Shown here in pieces: positions 18,385 through 26,516 of a stretch of DNA of 32,136 bases; positions within the stretch are counted from its first letter, which is position 1, and each line of letters starts with the position of its first letter. The translations under genes were made by a program, and so were the position numbers. The stretch lies in the IMG/VR virus record IMGVR_UViG_3300016476_000090, positions 1-32,136 of that record. One strand, given 5' to 3'. The DNA comes from a virus. Its lineage: Duplodnaviria > Caudoviricetes. Below the pieces are notes generated by a model. It ran no database searches, was not told the origin of the DNA, and was given only the letters and a program-made list of their open reading frames with translations.

Positions 18385-18397
18385 CAAAGAGGAAACC

Positions 18398-18991
18398 ATG
18401 AGCAAAAAGCAAAGCAAGCCGGACACCCAAGAGGTGCATAGTCCTGAATCCATCGGGGCCCACTTCGCATCCGTTCAAGCGGACAATGGAAAGACCCTGA
18501 TTCAGATTCTCAAGCAATGCATCCAAGCATATACAATCGAAAACAAGGCAGAATACACGGCGATGATTGAGGGCTACGGGGCACAATGCAAAACACTGTA
18601 CGATGCGAACACCGCCAAGACTCGCAAGAGTGAGTTCAAGAAAGTGATTGACCATGCGAGTGAGCAGGAAACCCGCACAAGCCTCTTCAACATCATCGAT
18701 CAATATGACAGTGTCCAGAAGTTGGTGAAAGATCTTAGGATGCTAGAATCTGGCAAAGCCCAAGTAAACGAAGAGGGCAAGGTTGAGAAGGTCAAGACCG
18801 AAAAGCCCGAAGGGGAAACCGAAGAAGGTAACTCCGAAGTTACAGAAAACCAGAAAATCAACCTAGGAAGCAAAGAGGGACTTCTGGAAGCCTTGGAAGC
18901 CATCATGCAAGCCACCTACGATCAGGGATATGCAACAGCCAGCGATCTGATTCAATCCGCCATGGCCAGTATCGGGCGAGGAGAGAAGTGA
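18398..18991 (+). CDS. Early hypothetical protein, helical
   Basis: 197 aa, GAGG RBS; no family recognised. Confidence 0.8.
   Translation: MSKKQSKPDTQEVHSPESIGAHFASVQADNGKTLIQILKQCIQAYTIENKAEYTAMIEGYGAQCKTLYDANTAKTRKSEFKKVIDHASEQETRTSLFNIIDQYDSVQKLVKDLRMLESGKAQVNEEGKVEKVKTEKPEGETEEGNSEVTENQKINLGSKEGLLEALEAIMQATYDQGYATASDLIQSAMASIGRGEK
18828..18843. promoter_or_regulatory. GTAACT-N4-AGTTAC palindrome, perfect copy inside a CDS
   Basis: GTAACT CCGA AGTTAC. Confidence 0.7.
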
Positions 18992-19070
18992 GAGCACCCC
19001 GATAGGGGCTTGGATGTCCAGGCCTCTATCTGATGCGCTCTTGCATCGAATGTCCACAATGGAGGTTTTT

Positions 19071-19325
19071 ATGTTTGCAAAAATCAAAGAGTTTTTTGTT
19101 GCCCGTTCTTTTGTGTCCAAGCATGGCAATAGGTTTTTAACTGTTTACCATGAAGGCAAACGACACAATGGGCAGGTGGCTCATGTGGGGCTGTTTAGTG
19201 TGACAATCCGCAAAGCCCGTCCTAGTGTTGACCGATTTGTCACAGTGAAGCACTCTAGTGTTGTCCGTGTCCATCGGGATCATGCTAAGTTGCGTGTCCG
19301 TCAGGCTGATGCTAAAGTGATTTGA
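19071..19325 (+). CDS. Early hypothetical protein, basic
   Basis: 84 aa from ATG 19071 with GGAGG RBS. Confidence 0.7.
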   Translation: MFAKIKEFFVARSFVSKHGNRFLTVYHEGKRHNGQVAHVGLFSVTIRKARPSVDRFVTVKHSSVVRVHRDHAKLRVRQADAKVI

Positions 19326-19395
19326 TAGGACTCTATCTAAAGGGATTCTATGAGTCCCTTTAGGTGGCAATCTTGCCTGCACAATGGAGGTTTCC

Positions 19396-19569
19396 ATGCT
19401 GATAAAATTTAAAAAGCTAGATGTTGGAGAGCGTTTTTACGACCCAAACACAGCAGAATTTTTTGTCAAAGTTTGTGGCAATGCCGCAGAGTTTCTGACT
19501 GGTGGTAACTACCATACAGGACAGCTTGCAACTTTTGACTATGACGATTTTGTAGAGGTTGACAAATGA
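19396..19569 (+). CDS. Early hypothetical protein
   Basis: 57 aa from ATG 19396 with GGAGG RBS. Confidence 0.7.
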   Translation: MLIKFKKLDVGERFYDPNTAEFFVKVCGNAAEFLTGGNYHTGQLATFDYDDFVEVDK

Positions 19570-19646
19570 CTGACCGAACATTTGTTATAATCTGTTTGTC
19601 GCTGTGGTTTTCATGGCTCATTTTGGAGGCTCTAAATGTTATCTGA
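19566..19646 (+). CDS. Putative 26-aa membrane peptide (not in ORF track)
   Basis: MTDRTFVIICLSLWFSWLILEALNVI; ATGA coupling, GAGG RBS, fills the gap between neighbours. Confidence 0.45.
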   Translation: MTDRTFVIICLSLWFSWLILEALNVI

Positions 19647-20259
19647 AACATCAAAACTAGGCTGTAAGAGTTGGTCTTTACAGGCTTTGGAGACTTGTCC
19701 TGGCTCTATTGCGCCTGATGGAGGGCTTGTAGAGGTTTGTCAAGGCTGTTATGCCACGACAGGCAACTATCGTTTTCCCAATGTCAAGCGCATCCGTGAC
19801 ATCAACAAAGCCGAATGGCAGAGCGACACATGGGTGTCTGATATGGTTGATGCCCTGCAGAGTAGCAGATATTTTCGATGGTTTGACTCTGGGGATGTTT
19901 ATGCCCTCGAGTTGGCAGAGAAAATCTATCAAGTTTGTCAAGCCACGCCGTGGTGTCAGCATTGGATGCCAACTAGAATGTATAAGTTTGTCAAGTTCCA
20001 TGAGGTGCTTGACAGGCTCAATGCTTTGCCCAATGTTGTTGTGCGCTATAGTGGCGATAACATCGGCGAGGCTCCAAAGTTTGGACAGTTTGTCTCTATG
20101 GTTGTCAAGCCTGAGAGCATTGTTGATGCTCATGTCTGCCCCGCATACAAGCAGGATGGCAAATGTCTGTCATGTCGTGCGTGTTGGGACAAAGGTGTGC
20201 ATAATGTTGCATACCCTGCCCATGGCAAGAAGATGATAAAGATAGTAACTATCAAGTAA
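19636..20259 (+). CDS. GP88-family Cys-rich protein
   Basis: TCPG..VCQGCYA, YFRWFDSGD, HWMPTR, C-terminal CPAY..CLSCRACW. Confidence 0.75.
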   Translation: MLSETSKLGCKSWSLQALETCPGSIAPDGGLVEVCQGCYATTGNYRFPNVKRIRDINKAEWQSDTWVSDMVDALQSSRYFRWFDSGDVYALELAEKIYQVCQATPWCQHWMPTRMYKFVKFHEVLDRLNALPNVVVRYSGDNIGEAPKFGQFVSMVVKPESIVDAHVCPAYKQDGKCLSCRACWDKGVHNVAYPAHGKKMIKIVTIK

Positions 20260-20260
20260 C
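20245..20260. promoter_or_regulatory. One-mismatch palindrome copy over a stop codon, next to RBS
   Basis: GTAACT ATCA AGTAAC followed by CTTGGAGG. Confidence 0.65.
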
Positions 20261-20273
20261 CTTGGAGGAAAAC

Positions 20274-20618
20274 ATGAAAACATCAGAATTGACAGGATCC
20301 GCCCTTGATTGGGCGGTAGCGAAGTGTGAAGGGCAAGATGCCGTGATCGACAATGGGGAGGTGTGCTCTTTCAAAACCATAGGGTTCGTGGAACACAAGT
20401 TCTTGTGGAAGCCATCAACCTACTGGTCGCAAGGTGGGGTAATCATTGAGAGGGAGAGTATTTGTATTGGGTCAGGCATGGACGCACCGACATGGTATGC
20501 CAACAAGGGACTTGGGAAGTGCCACCAATTCGGAACAACCCCACTAATCGCTGCCATGCGTTGTTATGTCGCAAGCAAACTGGGTGATGAAGTTGAAATT
20601 CCAGAGGAACTAAAATGA
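20274..20618 (+). CDS. NinX-like / DUF2591-type phage protein
   Basis: LTGSALDWAVAK, PSTYWSQGG, TPLIAAMRCYVASKLG; ATG 20274 with GGAGG RBS. Confidence 0.75.
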   Translation: MKTSELTGSALDWAVAKCEGQDAVIDNGEVCSFKTIGFVEHKFLWKPSTYWSQGGVIIERESICIGSGMDAPTWYANKGLGKCHQFGTTPLIAAMRCYVASKLGDEVEIPEELK

Positions 20619-21001
20619 AAGTGTTTGTCTATTTCAACCTACACAAAAGGCTTTTCTCTGTCCGATCAATGGAGGGAAACAACAAAGGGAAAGTGATAGC
20701 CCACTTGTCATATGTTTTGTTGGACAATCCACGATTTAAGGTGTCAAAAGCAGGGCGTGATCGTGTGCTAAGGGAGAGGCGCAAGAATGTCCACGCTGGT
20801 GTTGTTGGTGACTTTTGCACCAGCCTACTAGCATCAGACAAAGTATCTTGGGAACCAGTAAGATATAATCCCTACTTGTTTGATAGTTTTGTTGATGACA
20901 ATAAACAGCCTGTAGCTTTTGCTGATGTTGCATTCATGCAAGTGATGCCCGTTACAAAGAAGCCTTTGATTAACATTGGAAATTATGAGGTGCAAGAATG
21001 A
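20615..21001 (+). CDS. Conserved phage hypothetical protein
   Basis: 128 aa; VYFNLHK, GRDRVLRERRKNVHA and YNPY motifs; ATGA coupling. Confidence 0.75.
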   Translation: MKVFVYFNLHKRLFSVRSMEGNNKGKVIAHLSYVLLDNPRFKVSKAGRDRVLRERRKNVHAGVVGDFCTSLLASDKVSWEPVRYNPYLFDSFVDDNKQPVAFADVAFMQVMPVTKKPLINIGNYEVQE

Positions 21002-21180
21002 GTCGATATGAAAAGATTTTGTCTCTGACCATCCATGAGATAATGACTCTCATGGACAACCCAGAGGAACTAAAACGCATTGCACAGTTTTTTGCAGCAG
21101 GTGGTTATTCAAGAGAGCCACAAGAAACCATTGATGCTATCTATAGCATTGTTTTTGAAAACATTTCAGAAGGAAGTTAA
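20998..21180 (+). CDS. Hypothetical protein
   Basis: 60 aa, GAGG RBS, ATGA coupling. Confidence 0.6.
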   Translation: MSRYEKILSLTIHEIMTLMDNPEELKRIAQFFAAGGYSREPQETIDAIYSIVFENISEGS

Positions 21181-21181
21181 C

Positions 21182-21727
21182 ATGAGAGTGCTTGTTGCGT
21201 GTGAGTATTCTGGAGCAGTAAGAGATGCTTTTGCAAAGCAGGGACATTACGCCATGTCATGCGATCTTTTGCCCTCTGAAAAACCTGGACTTCACTATCA
21301 AGGTGATGTTTTTGATATCATCAATGAGGGATGGGATTTGATGGTTGCACATCCACCATGCACACACTTGGCAGTTAGTGGCGCAAGGTGGTTTAAAGAT
21401 AAAGTAGAGGAACAAAAAGAAGCCTTAGATTTTGTGAGCCGTTTGCTAAATGCAGACATCCCTAAGATTGCATTGGAAAACCCAATAAGCATTATTAGCA
21501 GTAAAATTAGAAAGCCTGACCAAATCATTCAGCCTTGGATGTTTGGACATGGTGAAACAAAAGCAACTTGTTTGTGGCTTAAGAATCTACCTAAACTTGA
21601 GCCAACAAATATTGTTGAAGGAAGGGAACAGCGTGTGCATAAAATGCCACCAAGCCCTGATAGGTGGAAAGAGCGTAGCAGAACCTTTTCTGGTATCGCT
21701 GAAGCAATGTCAACACAATGGAGGTAA
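21182..21727 (+). CDS. Short DNA cytosine-C5 methyltransferase-like protein
   Basis: 181 aa from ATG 21182; VLVACEYSG, AHPPC (catalytic PC), ENP. Confidence 0.75.
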   Translation: MRVLVACEYSGAVRDAFAKQGHYAMSCDLLPSEKPGLHYQGDVFDIINEGWDLMVAHPPCTHLAVSGARWFKDKVEEQKEALDFVSRLLNADIPKIALENPISIISSKIRKPDQIIQPWMFGHGETKATCLWLKNLPKLEPTNIVEGREQRVHKMPPSPDRWKERSRTFSGIAEAMSTQWR

Positions 21728-21729
21728 TC

Positions 21730-22185
21730 ATGGGACTCGATATGTATTTGAAGGGTAAGCGTTATCTGCGTATTCATGAGCGTGAGGAATATGCTGATGA
21801 GCTTGCAGAACTTGGTGACACTTTTTGCCTTGGCAATCAAATCAATGAGCTGACATTTGAGGCAGGCTATTGGCGCAAGGCTAATGCCATTCACAATTGG
21901 TTTGTCAACAATGTCCAAGGTGGTGTTGACGATTGTGGGGAATATCGTGTCCCCTTCAGCTCCCTCGTCAAGCTCAGGGATGTTTGCAAAGAAGTGTTGC
22001 AGAATGGTGAGGAATATGCAGAGAAGTTTCTCCCTCCTGCTAGTGGGTTCTTCTTTGGCAATGCTGATGTTGATGAGTATTATTGGGAGTGTGTCAAGCA
22101 CACCTATGAGATGATGTATGAGCTTTGTTTGAATGATGATGTCTCTTCTGGGACTATTGAATTTTTCTATCAGAGCAGTTGGTGA
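21730..22185 (+). CDS. Conserved phage hypothetical protein
   Basis: MGLDMY start, YWRKANAIHNWF, GFFFG, YQSSW end; GGAGG RBS. Confidence 0.8.
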   Translation: MGLDMYLKGKRYLRIHEREEYADELAELGDTFCLGNQINELTFEAGYWRKANAIHNWFVNNVQGGVDDCGEYRVPFSSLVKLRDVCKEVLQNGEEYAEKFLPPASGFFFGNADVDEYYWECVKHTYEMMYELCLNDDVSSGTIEFFYQSSW

Positions 22186-22197
22186 GCCTAACGGCAG

Positions 22198-22213
22198 GTA
22201 ACTACAGAGTTAC
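22198..22213. promoter_or_regulatory. GTAACT-N4-AGTTAC palindrome, perfect copy abutting a -35 box
   Basis: GTAACT ACAG AGTTAC, one base before TTGACA. Confidence 0.85.
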
Positions 22214-22214
22214 A

Positions 22215-22243
22215 TTGACAGGTAGTCTACTTATGAGTATAAT
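22215..22243 (+). promoter_or_regulatory. Perfect-consensus sigma70 promoter for replication genes
   Basis: TTGACA-17 nt-TATAAT. Confidence 0.9.
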
Positions 22244-22331
22244 AAATACATATAAGAACATATATGTAGGCTTATATTGTTTTATATAACATATAAGTAG
22301 ACTAATAACTTTAAAGAACATTGGAGTTAAC

Positions 22332-22523
22332 ATGAGATGTGTTTGTTGTAATAGTTTGTTATCTGACTTTGAAGCCACACGCCGTTGTGCTTCAACAGGT
22401 GACTTCTTGGATATGTGCAATGAGTGTTATCACACTGTCAGAGATGACATTGATGTTTATGAACGCTATGATTTGCGACATGAGAGTGACATTGAAACAG
22501 AGGAAGAGGACGAAGATGTCTAA
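22332..22523 (+). CDS. Small Cys-rich (zinc-binding) protein with acidic tail
   Basis: 63 aa; CVCC and CNEC; GGAG RBS. Confidence 0.7.
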   Translation: MRCVCCNSLLSDFEATRRCASTGDFLDMCNECYHTVRDDIDVYERYDLRHESDIETEEEDEDV

Positions 22524-22716
22524 CGAGAATGCTTTTGAGATGCATTTGCATTTCACCCTGATGGATGCTGCTGAGATGGCTCATGTCATTGGATATTCAG
22601 AGTTTTTAGAACTCTTCCAAGACGCCTTCCTGCGAACAAGACCGCCCAGCCCACGAGAGCTCACCTCTGAAGAGAAACAGAGACAGCTCAGTTTGTTAAA
22701 CGATTGGAACCTGTAA
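22516..22716 (+). CDS. Hypothetical protein
   Basis: 66 aa from ATG 22516 (GAGG RBS); TAATG coupling to primase. Confidence 0.6.
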   Translation: MSNENAFEMHLHFTLMDAAEMAHVIGYSEFLELFQDAFLRTRPPSPRELTSEEKQRQLSLLNDWNL

Positions 22717-24356
22717 TGGCTTTTGTCAAAACACACCAGCCCTGCCCCTCATGTGACAGCTCAGATGCTTTGTCTGTCAACGAAGACGGAAGTAGCTTTT
22801 GTTTTGCTTGCCAAGAGCATACTCCGCCGAGCTCGTATCGGCCCCCGCCAGAACGAAAGAAACCTATGGAAGCTACCACCCTACCAACCCCCTCAAAAGA
22901 AACGCCTGTAGAGGCTATAAATGCCCTTGCTGGGCGTTATCACAGCCTACCTACCCCTGCCATTGGAAGCAGACGCATCAGCCTAGCCACTTGTGAGCGT
23001 TATGGCTTGGTGTCTGATGGGTCTAATGAGGTGTGGTTTCCCTATCACAATGCTGAGGGGAAGTTTTGTGCAGTGAAGAAGCGCACAATTGCAGACAAGA
23101 AGTTCTTCATTGAAGGGGACTGGAAGAACACCACCCTGTTTGGACAGCAATGCTTCACCAAGGGTGGCAAATATGTCACCATTGTTGAGGGGGAGTATGA
23201 TGCTCTGGCTGTGTTCCAGATGCTTGGCTCTAAGTGGCCTGTCATTTCCATCAAGAGTGGGGCAGGAGGTGCGCTCAAGGATTGCAAGGCTCAGTATGAA
23301 TGGCTCAATAGTTTTGAGAACATTGTGCTTTGCTTTGACAGTGATGAGCCAGGTCAACAGGCAACCAATCAAGTTGCTTCTTTGTTTGGGTCTAAGGCTA
23401 AGGTGTTTAAGCCTGTCGATGGCTACAAGGATGGCTGTGATTGGTTGCTTGCTGGAAAGGAGAAGGAGTTTATTGACAGGTGGTGGAGTGCTGAGCGACA
23501 TATGCCTGATGGTATTGTTGCTGGTAGTAGCCTTTGGGATATAGTGAGCAAGCCATTGGACAAGGCTGAGGTGTCTTACCCCTTTGAAGGACTTAACAAA
23601 CTCACCTATGGCATTCGCAAGGGAGAGCTTGTCACTGTCACTGCTGGATCAGGCTTGGGCAAGAGTCAGTTCTTGCGAGAGATTATTTGGCACATCCTCT
23701 GTAAGACTCAGGACAACATTGGCTTGATGTTCTTGGAAGAGAGCGTTAGGAAGACAGGCTTGAGCTTGATGAGCCTAGCTGCAAACAAGCCCTTGCATTT
23801 GCCTGACACAGAGGCGACAGATGAGGAGAAGAAAGATGCTTTCAATGCTACACTTGGCACTGACAGGCTGTATATGTTTGATCATTTTGGTTCAACCAAC
23901 ATCGAGAACATTGTCAGTCGCACTGAAGAGTTTGCTCGTGCTTTTGGCTGTGGCTACATTTTCCTTGACCATGTATCAATTGTTGTTTCTGCACAAGACA
24001 ATGGAGATGAGCGTAAAGCCCTTGATCGTGTGATGACAGAGCTCCGCACTCTTGTGCAAAAGACTGGCATCAGCCTCATCATCGTGAGTCACCTCAAGCG
24101 TCCTGACACCAAGGGACATGAGGAGGGGGCTGCAACTAGCCTTGCTCAGCTCCGAGGCTCAGGCTCTATTGCCCAGCTCAGTGACATGGTGATTGGTTTG
24201 GAGCGCAATGGTCAGGCAGAGGATGAGAAGGAACGCAACACCACCAAGGTGAGGGTGTTGAAGAATCGCTTCAGTGGTATCACTGGCCCAGCTTGTCACT
24301 TGCTTTATAGCAAAGACTCTGGTAGAATGTTGGAAGTTGAAGAGGAAAAGCTATGA
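22716..24356 (+). CDS. T7 gp4-like primase-helicase
   Basis: Zn finger CPSC..CFAC, TOPRIM EGEYDA and FDSD, Walker A AGSGLGKS, FLDH, LRGSGSIAQLSD, KNRFSG. Confidence 0.95.
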   Translation: MAFVKTHQPCPSCDSSDALSVNEDGSSFCFACQEHTPPSSYRPPPERKKPMEATTLPTPSKETPVEAINALAGRYHSLPTPAIGSRRISLATCERYGLVSDGSNEVWFPYHNAEGKFCAVKKRTIADKKFFIEGDWKNTTLFGQQCFTKGGKYVTIVEGEYDALAVFQMLGSKWPVISIKSGAGGALKDCKAQYEWLNSFENIVLCFDSDEPGQQATNQVASLFGSKAKVFKPVDGYKDGCDWLLAGKEKEFIDRWWSAERHMPDGIVAGSSLWDIVSKPLDKAEVSYPFEGLNKLTYGIRKGELVTVTAGSGLGKSQFLREIIWHILCKTQDNIGLMFLEESVRKTGLSLMSLAANKPLHLPDTEATDEEKKDAFNATLGTDRLYMFDHFGSTNIENIVSRTEEFARAFGCGYIFLDHVSIVVSAQDNGDERKALDRVMTELRTLVQKTGISLIIVSHLKRPDTKGHEEGAATSLAQLRGSGSIAQLSDMVIGLERNGQAEDEKERNTTKVRVLKNRFSGITGPACHLLYSKDSGRMLEVEEEKL

Positions 24357-24553
24357 AGCCTGTTGTTCATTACATTAACTATGCTGTGTTTGGCTTTGAA
24401 GGAGAGCATGAGGTGGCTGAGGTGTTTGCCTTAGACCACCCAAGGTTTGGCCGTCAAAGAGTTTACACATCAGTTATCATCAGGAAAGAAGAAGATGGAA
24501 CATTTGAAACGCTCAATACAATTTATAAGCCTGTCAAGCAAGAAGGTAACTAA
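24353..24553 (+). CDS. Hypothetical protein
   Basis: 66 aa, ATGA coupling; DHPRFG and FETLNTIY motifs. Confidence 0.7.
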   Translation: MKPVVHYINYAVFGFEGEHEVAEVFALDHPRFGRQRVYTSVIIRKEEDGTFETLNTIYKPVKQEGN

Positions 24554-24561
24554 GCAGTTAC
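24546..24561. promoter_or_regulatory. GTAACT-N4-AGTTAC palindrome, perfect copy over a stop codon
   Basis: G-GTAACT AAGC AGTTAC-C. Confidence 0.8.
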
Positions 24562-24606
24562 CTCATGGGAGAACATGGCCTTTCCCTACCAGTGTTGGAG
24601 GAAACA

Positions 24607-24903
24607 ATGAAGCCGAGAAATCATGTAGCATTAGCAATGCTCAAGGCTCCAAAGAGAGGGAGCCTAGTTCACAAGAGCAAAAGGACAACGCAAGTTGGAC
24701 ACCACCGAAAGGATTTAGATATGGCGACTGAAGACTGGTGCATGGAAGATGTTCCTTGCTATGAAATCACTCTACAAGTTGTTGTCACTGGACACAATGC
24801 TGAACGAGCGCAGGAGTTTCTTGAGAAGTATTTGAGGAACTCCAAGCGTGTAGAAGAGTGTGACATTTGGAGCTGGGACTTTATTGACACGGAGCAAGTA
24901 TGA
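24607..24903 (+). CDS. Hypothetical protein
   Basis: 98 aa from ATG 24607 with GGAGG RBS; basic N-half, acidic C-half. Confidence 0.65.
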   Translation: MKPRNHVALAMLKAPKRGSLVHKSKRTTQVGHHRKDLDMATEDWCMEDVPCYEITLQVVVTGHNAERAQEFLEKYLRNSKRVEECDIWSWDFIDTEQV

Positions 24904-25049
24904 GCATTGAACACCTCATCGTTGGGGCTACAGGCTGTGGCTACTTAGTTGTTGGTGTGCTACAATGGCTCAAAGGTGACTTGCCTAATGGCATGATTTG
25001 GACAGGCTATGCTTTTGCACAGGTGGGTTTATGGATGAACATCAAATGA
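24900..25049 (+). CDS. Small two-TM membrane protein (not in ORF track)
   Basis: 49 aa MSIEHLIVGATGCGYLVVGVLQWLKGDLPNGMIWTGYAFAQVGLWMNIK; GGAG RBS; ATGA coupling at both ends. Confidence 0.7.
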   Translation: MSIEHLIVGATGCGYLVVGVLQWLKGDLPNGMIWTGYAFAQVGLWMNIK

Positions 25050-25210
25050 AACAAAGGAGCGTTGCTCTTGTCATTGCTCGTGTTGGAAAAGAGATGGCAG
25101 ACACTTGGTGGAACACTCCTAACAAAGCTTTTAATAACAGAACACCTGCTGGCTTGTGGCTTGAGCATCCCTATGTTGTTTACGATTATCTTATGAGAGG
25201 TAACAAATGA
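25046..25210 (+). CDS. Xre/MbcA/ParS antitoxin C-terminal-like domain, stand-alone
   Basis: 54 aa from ATG 25046; ADTWWNTPNKAFNNRTP...VYDYL pattern. Confidence 0.55.
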   Translation: MKQRSVALVIARVGKEMADTWWNTPNKAFNNRTPAGLWLEHPYVVYDYLMRGNK

Positions 25211-25410
25211 ACGAACGAATTAAAGAACTTGCCGAACGGGCTGAAAATTACGCACATGAACAGAATGACAAATTCGGGTTGAGTTACAAGAGAGAATATG
25301 ATAAAAAGTTCGCCGAGTTGATTGTTCGGGAATGTGCGAAACGATCTGGGGAACTAGGGAATCCTGAGTTGGGTCAGGGTCTTTTGAAACATTTCGGAGT
25401 TGAAGAATGA
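25207..25410 (+). CDS. Hypothetical phage protein
   Basis: 67 aa; MNERIKELA, KFAELIVREC, KHFGVEE; ATGA coupling. Confidence 0.75.
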   Translation: MNERIKELAERAENYAHEQNDKFGLSYKREYDKKFAELIVRECAKRSGELGNPELGQGLLKHFGVEE

Positions 25411-25760
25411 ACAAAGACGAAGCATTGAGACTGGCGTTGGAGGCGTTGGGACATTTTGAAAAAGCGGGATTGGCTACATTAAAGACGATTGATGCCATCA
25501 CCGCCATCAAACAAGCCTTGGAGGAAACACCTCGTGTTTCCCCAGAGCCAGAACCTGTGGCGACTGTCTATGAAGGTGCTATTGCCAAGTGGAATCTGCC
25601 TGAGAAATTCACTGGATTTCTTTACACTTCCCCGCCCAAGCGTGAATGGCAGGGGCTGACGGATGATGAGCGTAGTTATTATTTACAAACAGCATCTAAC
25701 ATCGGTTGGTGGAAAGCATCTGAAATTATCGAAGCCAAACTGAAAGCCAAGAACACATGA
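25407..25760 (+). CDS. Hypothetical phage protein
   Basis: 117 aa; EALRLALEAL, LYTSPP, WQGLTDDE; ATGA coupling. Confidence 0.75.
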   Translation: MNKDEALRLALEALGHFEKAGLATLKTIDAITAIKQALEETPRVSPEPEPVATVYEGAIAKWNLPEKFTGFLYTSPPKREWQGLTDDERSYYLQTASNIGWWKASEIIEAKLKAKNT

Positions 25761-26095
25761 ACAAGTATGAAGAAATCTTAGAACAGCTTAACACCCTCAC
25801 TGCACAGGTGAAGGACTTGATTGCTGGAGATGTAACAGAAGAAGAGGACGGATGCTCAGAGCGTATTAGAGTGTCTGATGAAAACTTCTATTACCTCTTA
25901 CCACAAAAAGGATATTGTGACCATGTAGACATCCTTTGCTCTATGCAGGACACAGGTAATGGCTACATTGCATTCTTCCCTAGCCATGCTTCTCACACTC
26001 AGGACAACTACATTTGCATGGGCTATCATGAGGCAGACTATCTCCTGAAGCTGTTGAGTTTTATTAAAAGAAAGGAAAGACATGAAGAGCATTGA
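25757..26095 (+). CDS. Hypothetical protein
   Basis: 112 aa, ATGA coupling. Confidence 0.65.
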   Translation: MNKYEEILEQLNTLTAQVKDLIAGDVTEEEDGCSERIRVSDENFYYLLPQKGYCDHVDILCSMQDTGNGYIAFFPSHASHTQDNYICMGYHEADYLLKLLSFIKRKERHEEH

Positions 26096-26516
26096 GCTGT
26101 GGCACAAACGAGCACGACCAGAGCCTGACGAGAAGGCTTTCAATGTCCAGCTTGGGTGTCACCTCGAAGAGATTGTTGAGATGTTGGTAAGCCTTGAGAC
26201 TAACAGAGAGGCTGAGTTTCTTTTATGGAAAATTACTTATGACCTCCACACCTTATCCACTGAGCTTAAGGAGGGGAAGGTAACTATGAAGTTACGAGAC
26301 AGGCTAGAGTTCCTTGACAGTCTTGCTGACCAAGTTGTGACAGCCATTGGTGCTGGCTACTGTGCTGGCATGAAGGTTCCAGAAGCCATTGACGAAGTTA
26401 ACAACAGCAACTGGAGTAAGTTTGATCAAGAGACAGGCTTGCCAATCTTCAATGAACATGGTAAAATAATTAAAGGAGTTGCTTATAAAGCTCCTGATTT
26501 GAAAGGACTATTCTGA
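26082..26516 (+). CDS. MazG-like all-alpha NTP pyrophosphohydrolase
   Basis: EEIVE, LDSLAD, EVNNSNWSK, GKIIKG..YKAPDL. Confidence 0.75.
   Translation: MKSIELWHKRARPEPDEKAFNVQLGCHLEEIVEMLVSLETNREAEFLLWKITYDLHTLSTELKEGKVTMKLRDRLEFLDSLADQVVTAIGAGYCAGMKVPEAIDEVNNSNWSKFDQETGLPIFNEHGKIIKGVAYKAPDLKGLF
26280..26295. promoter_or_regulatory. GTAACT-N4-AGTTAC palindrome, perfect copy inside a CDS
   Basis: GTAACT ATGA AGTTAC. Confidence 0.7.
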
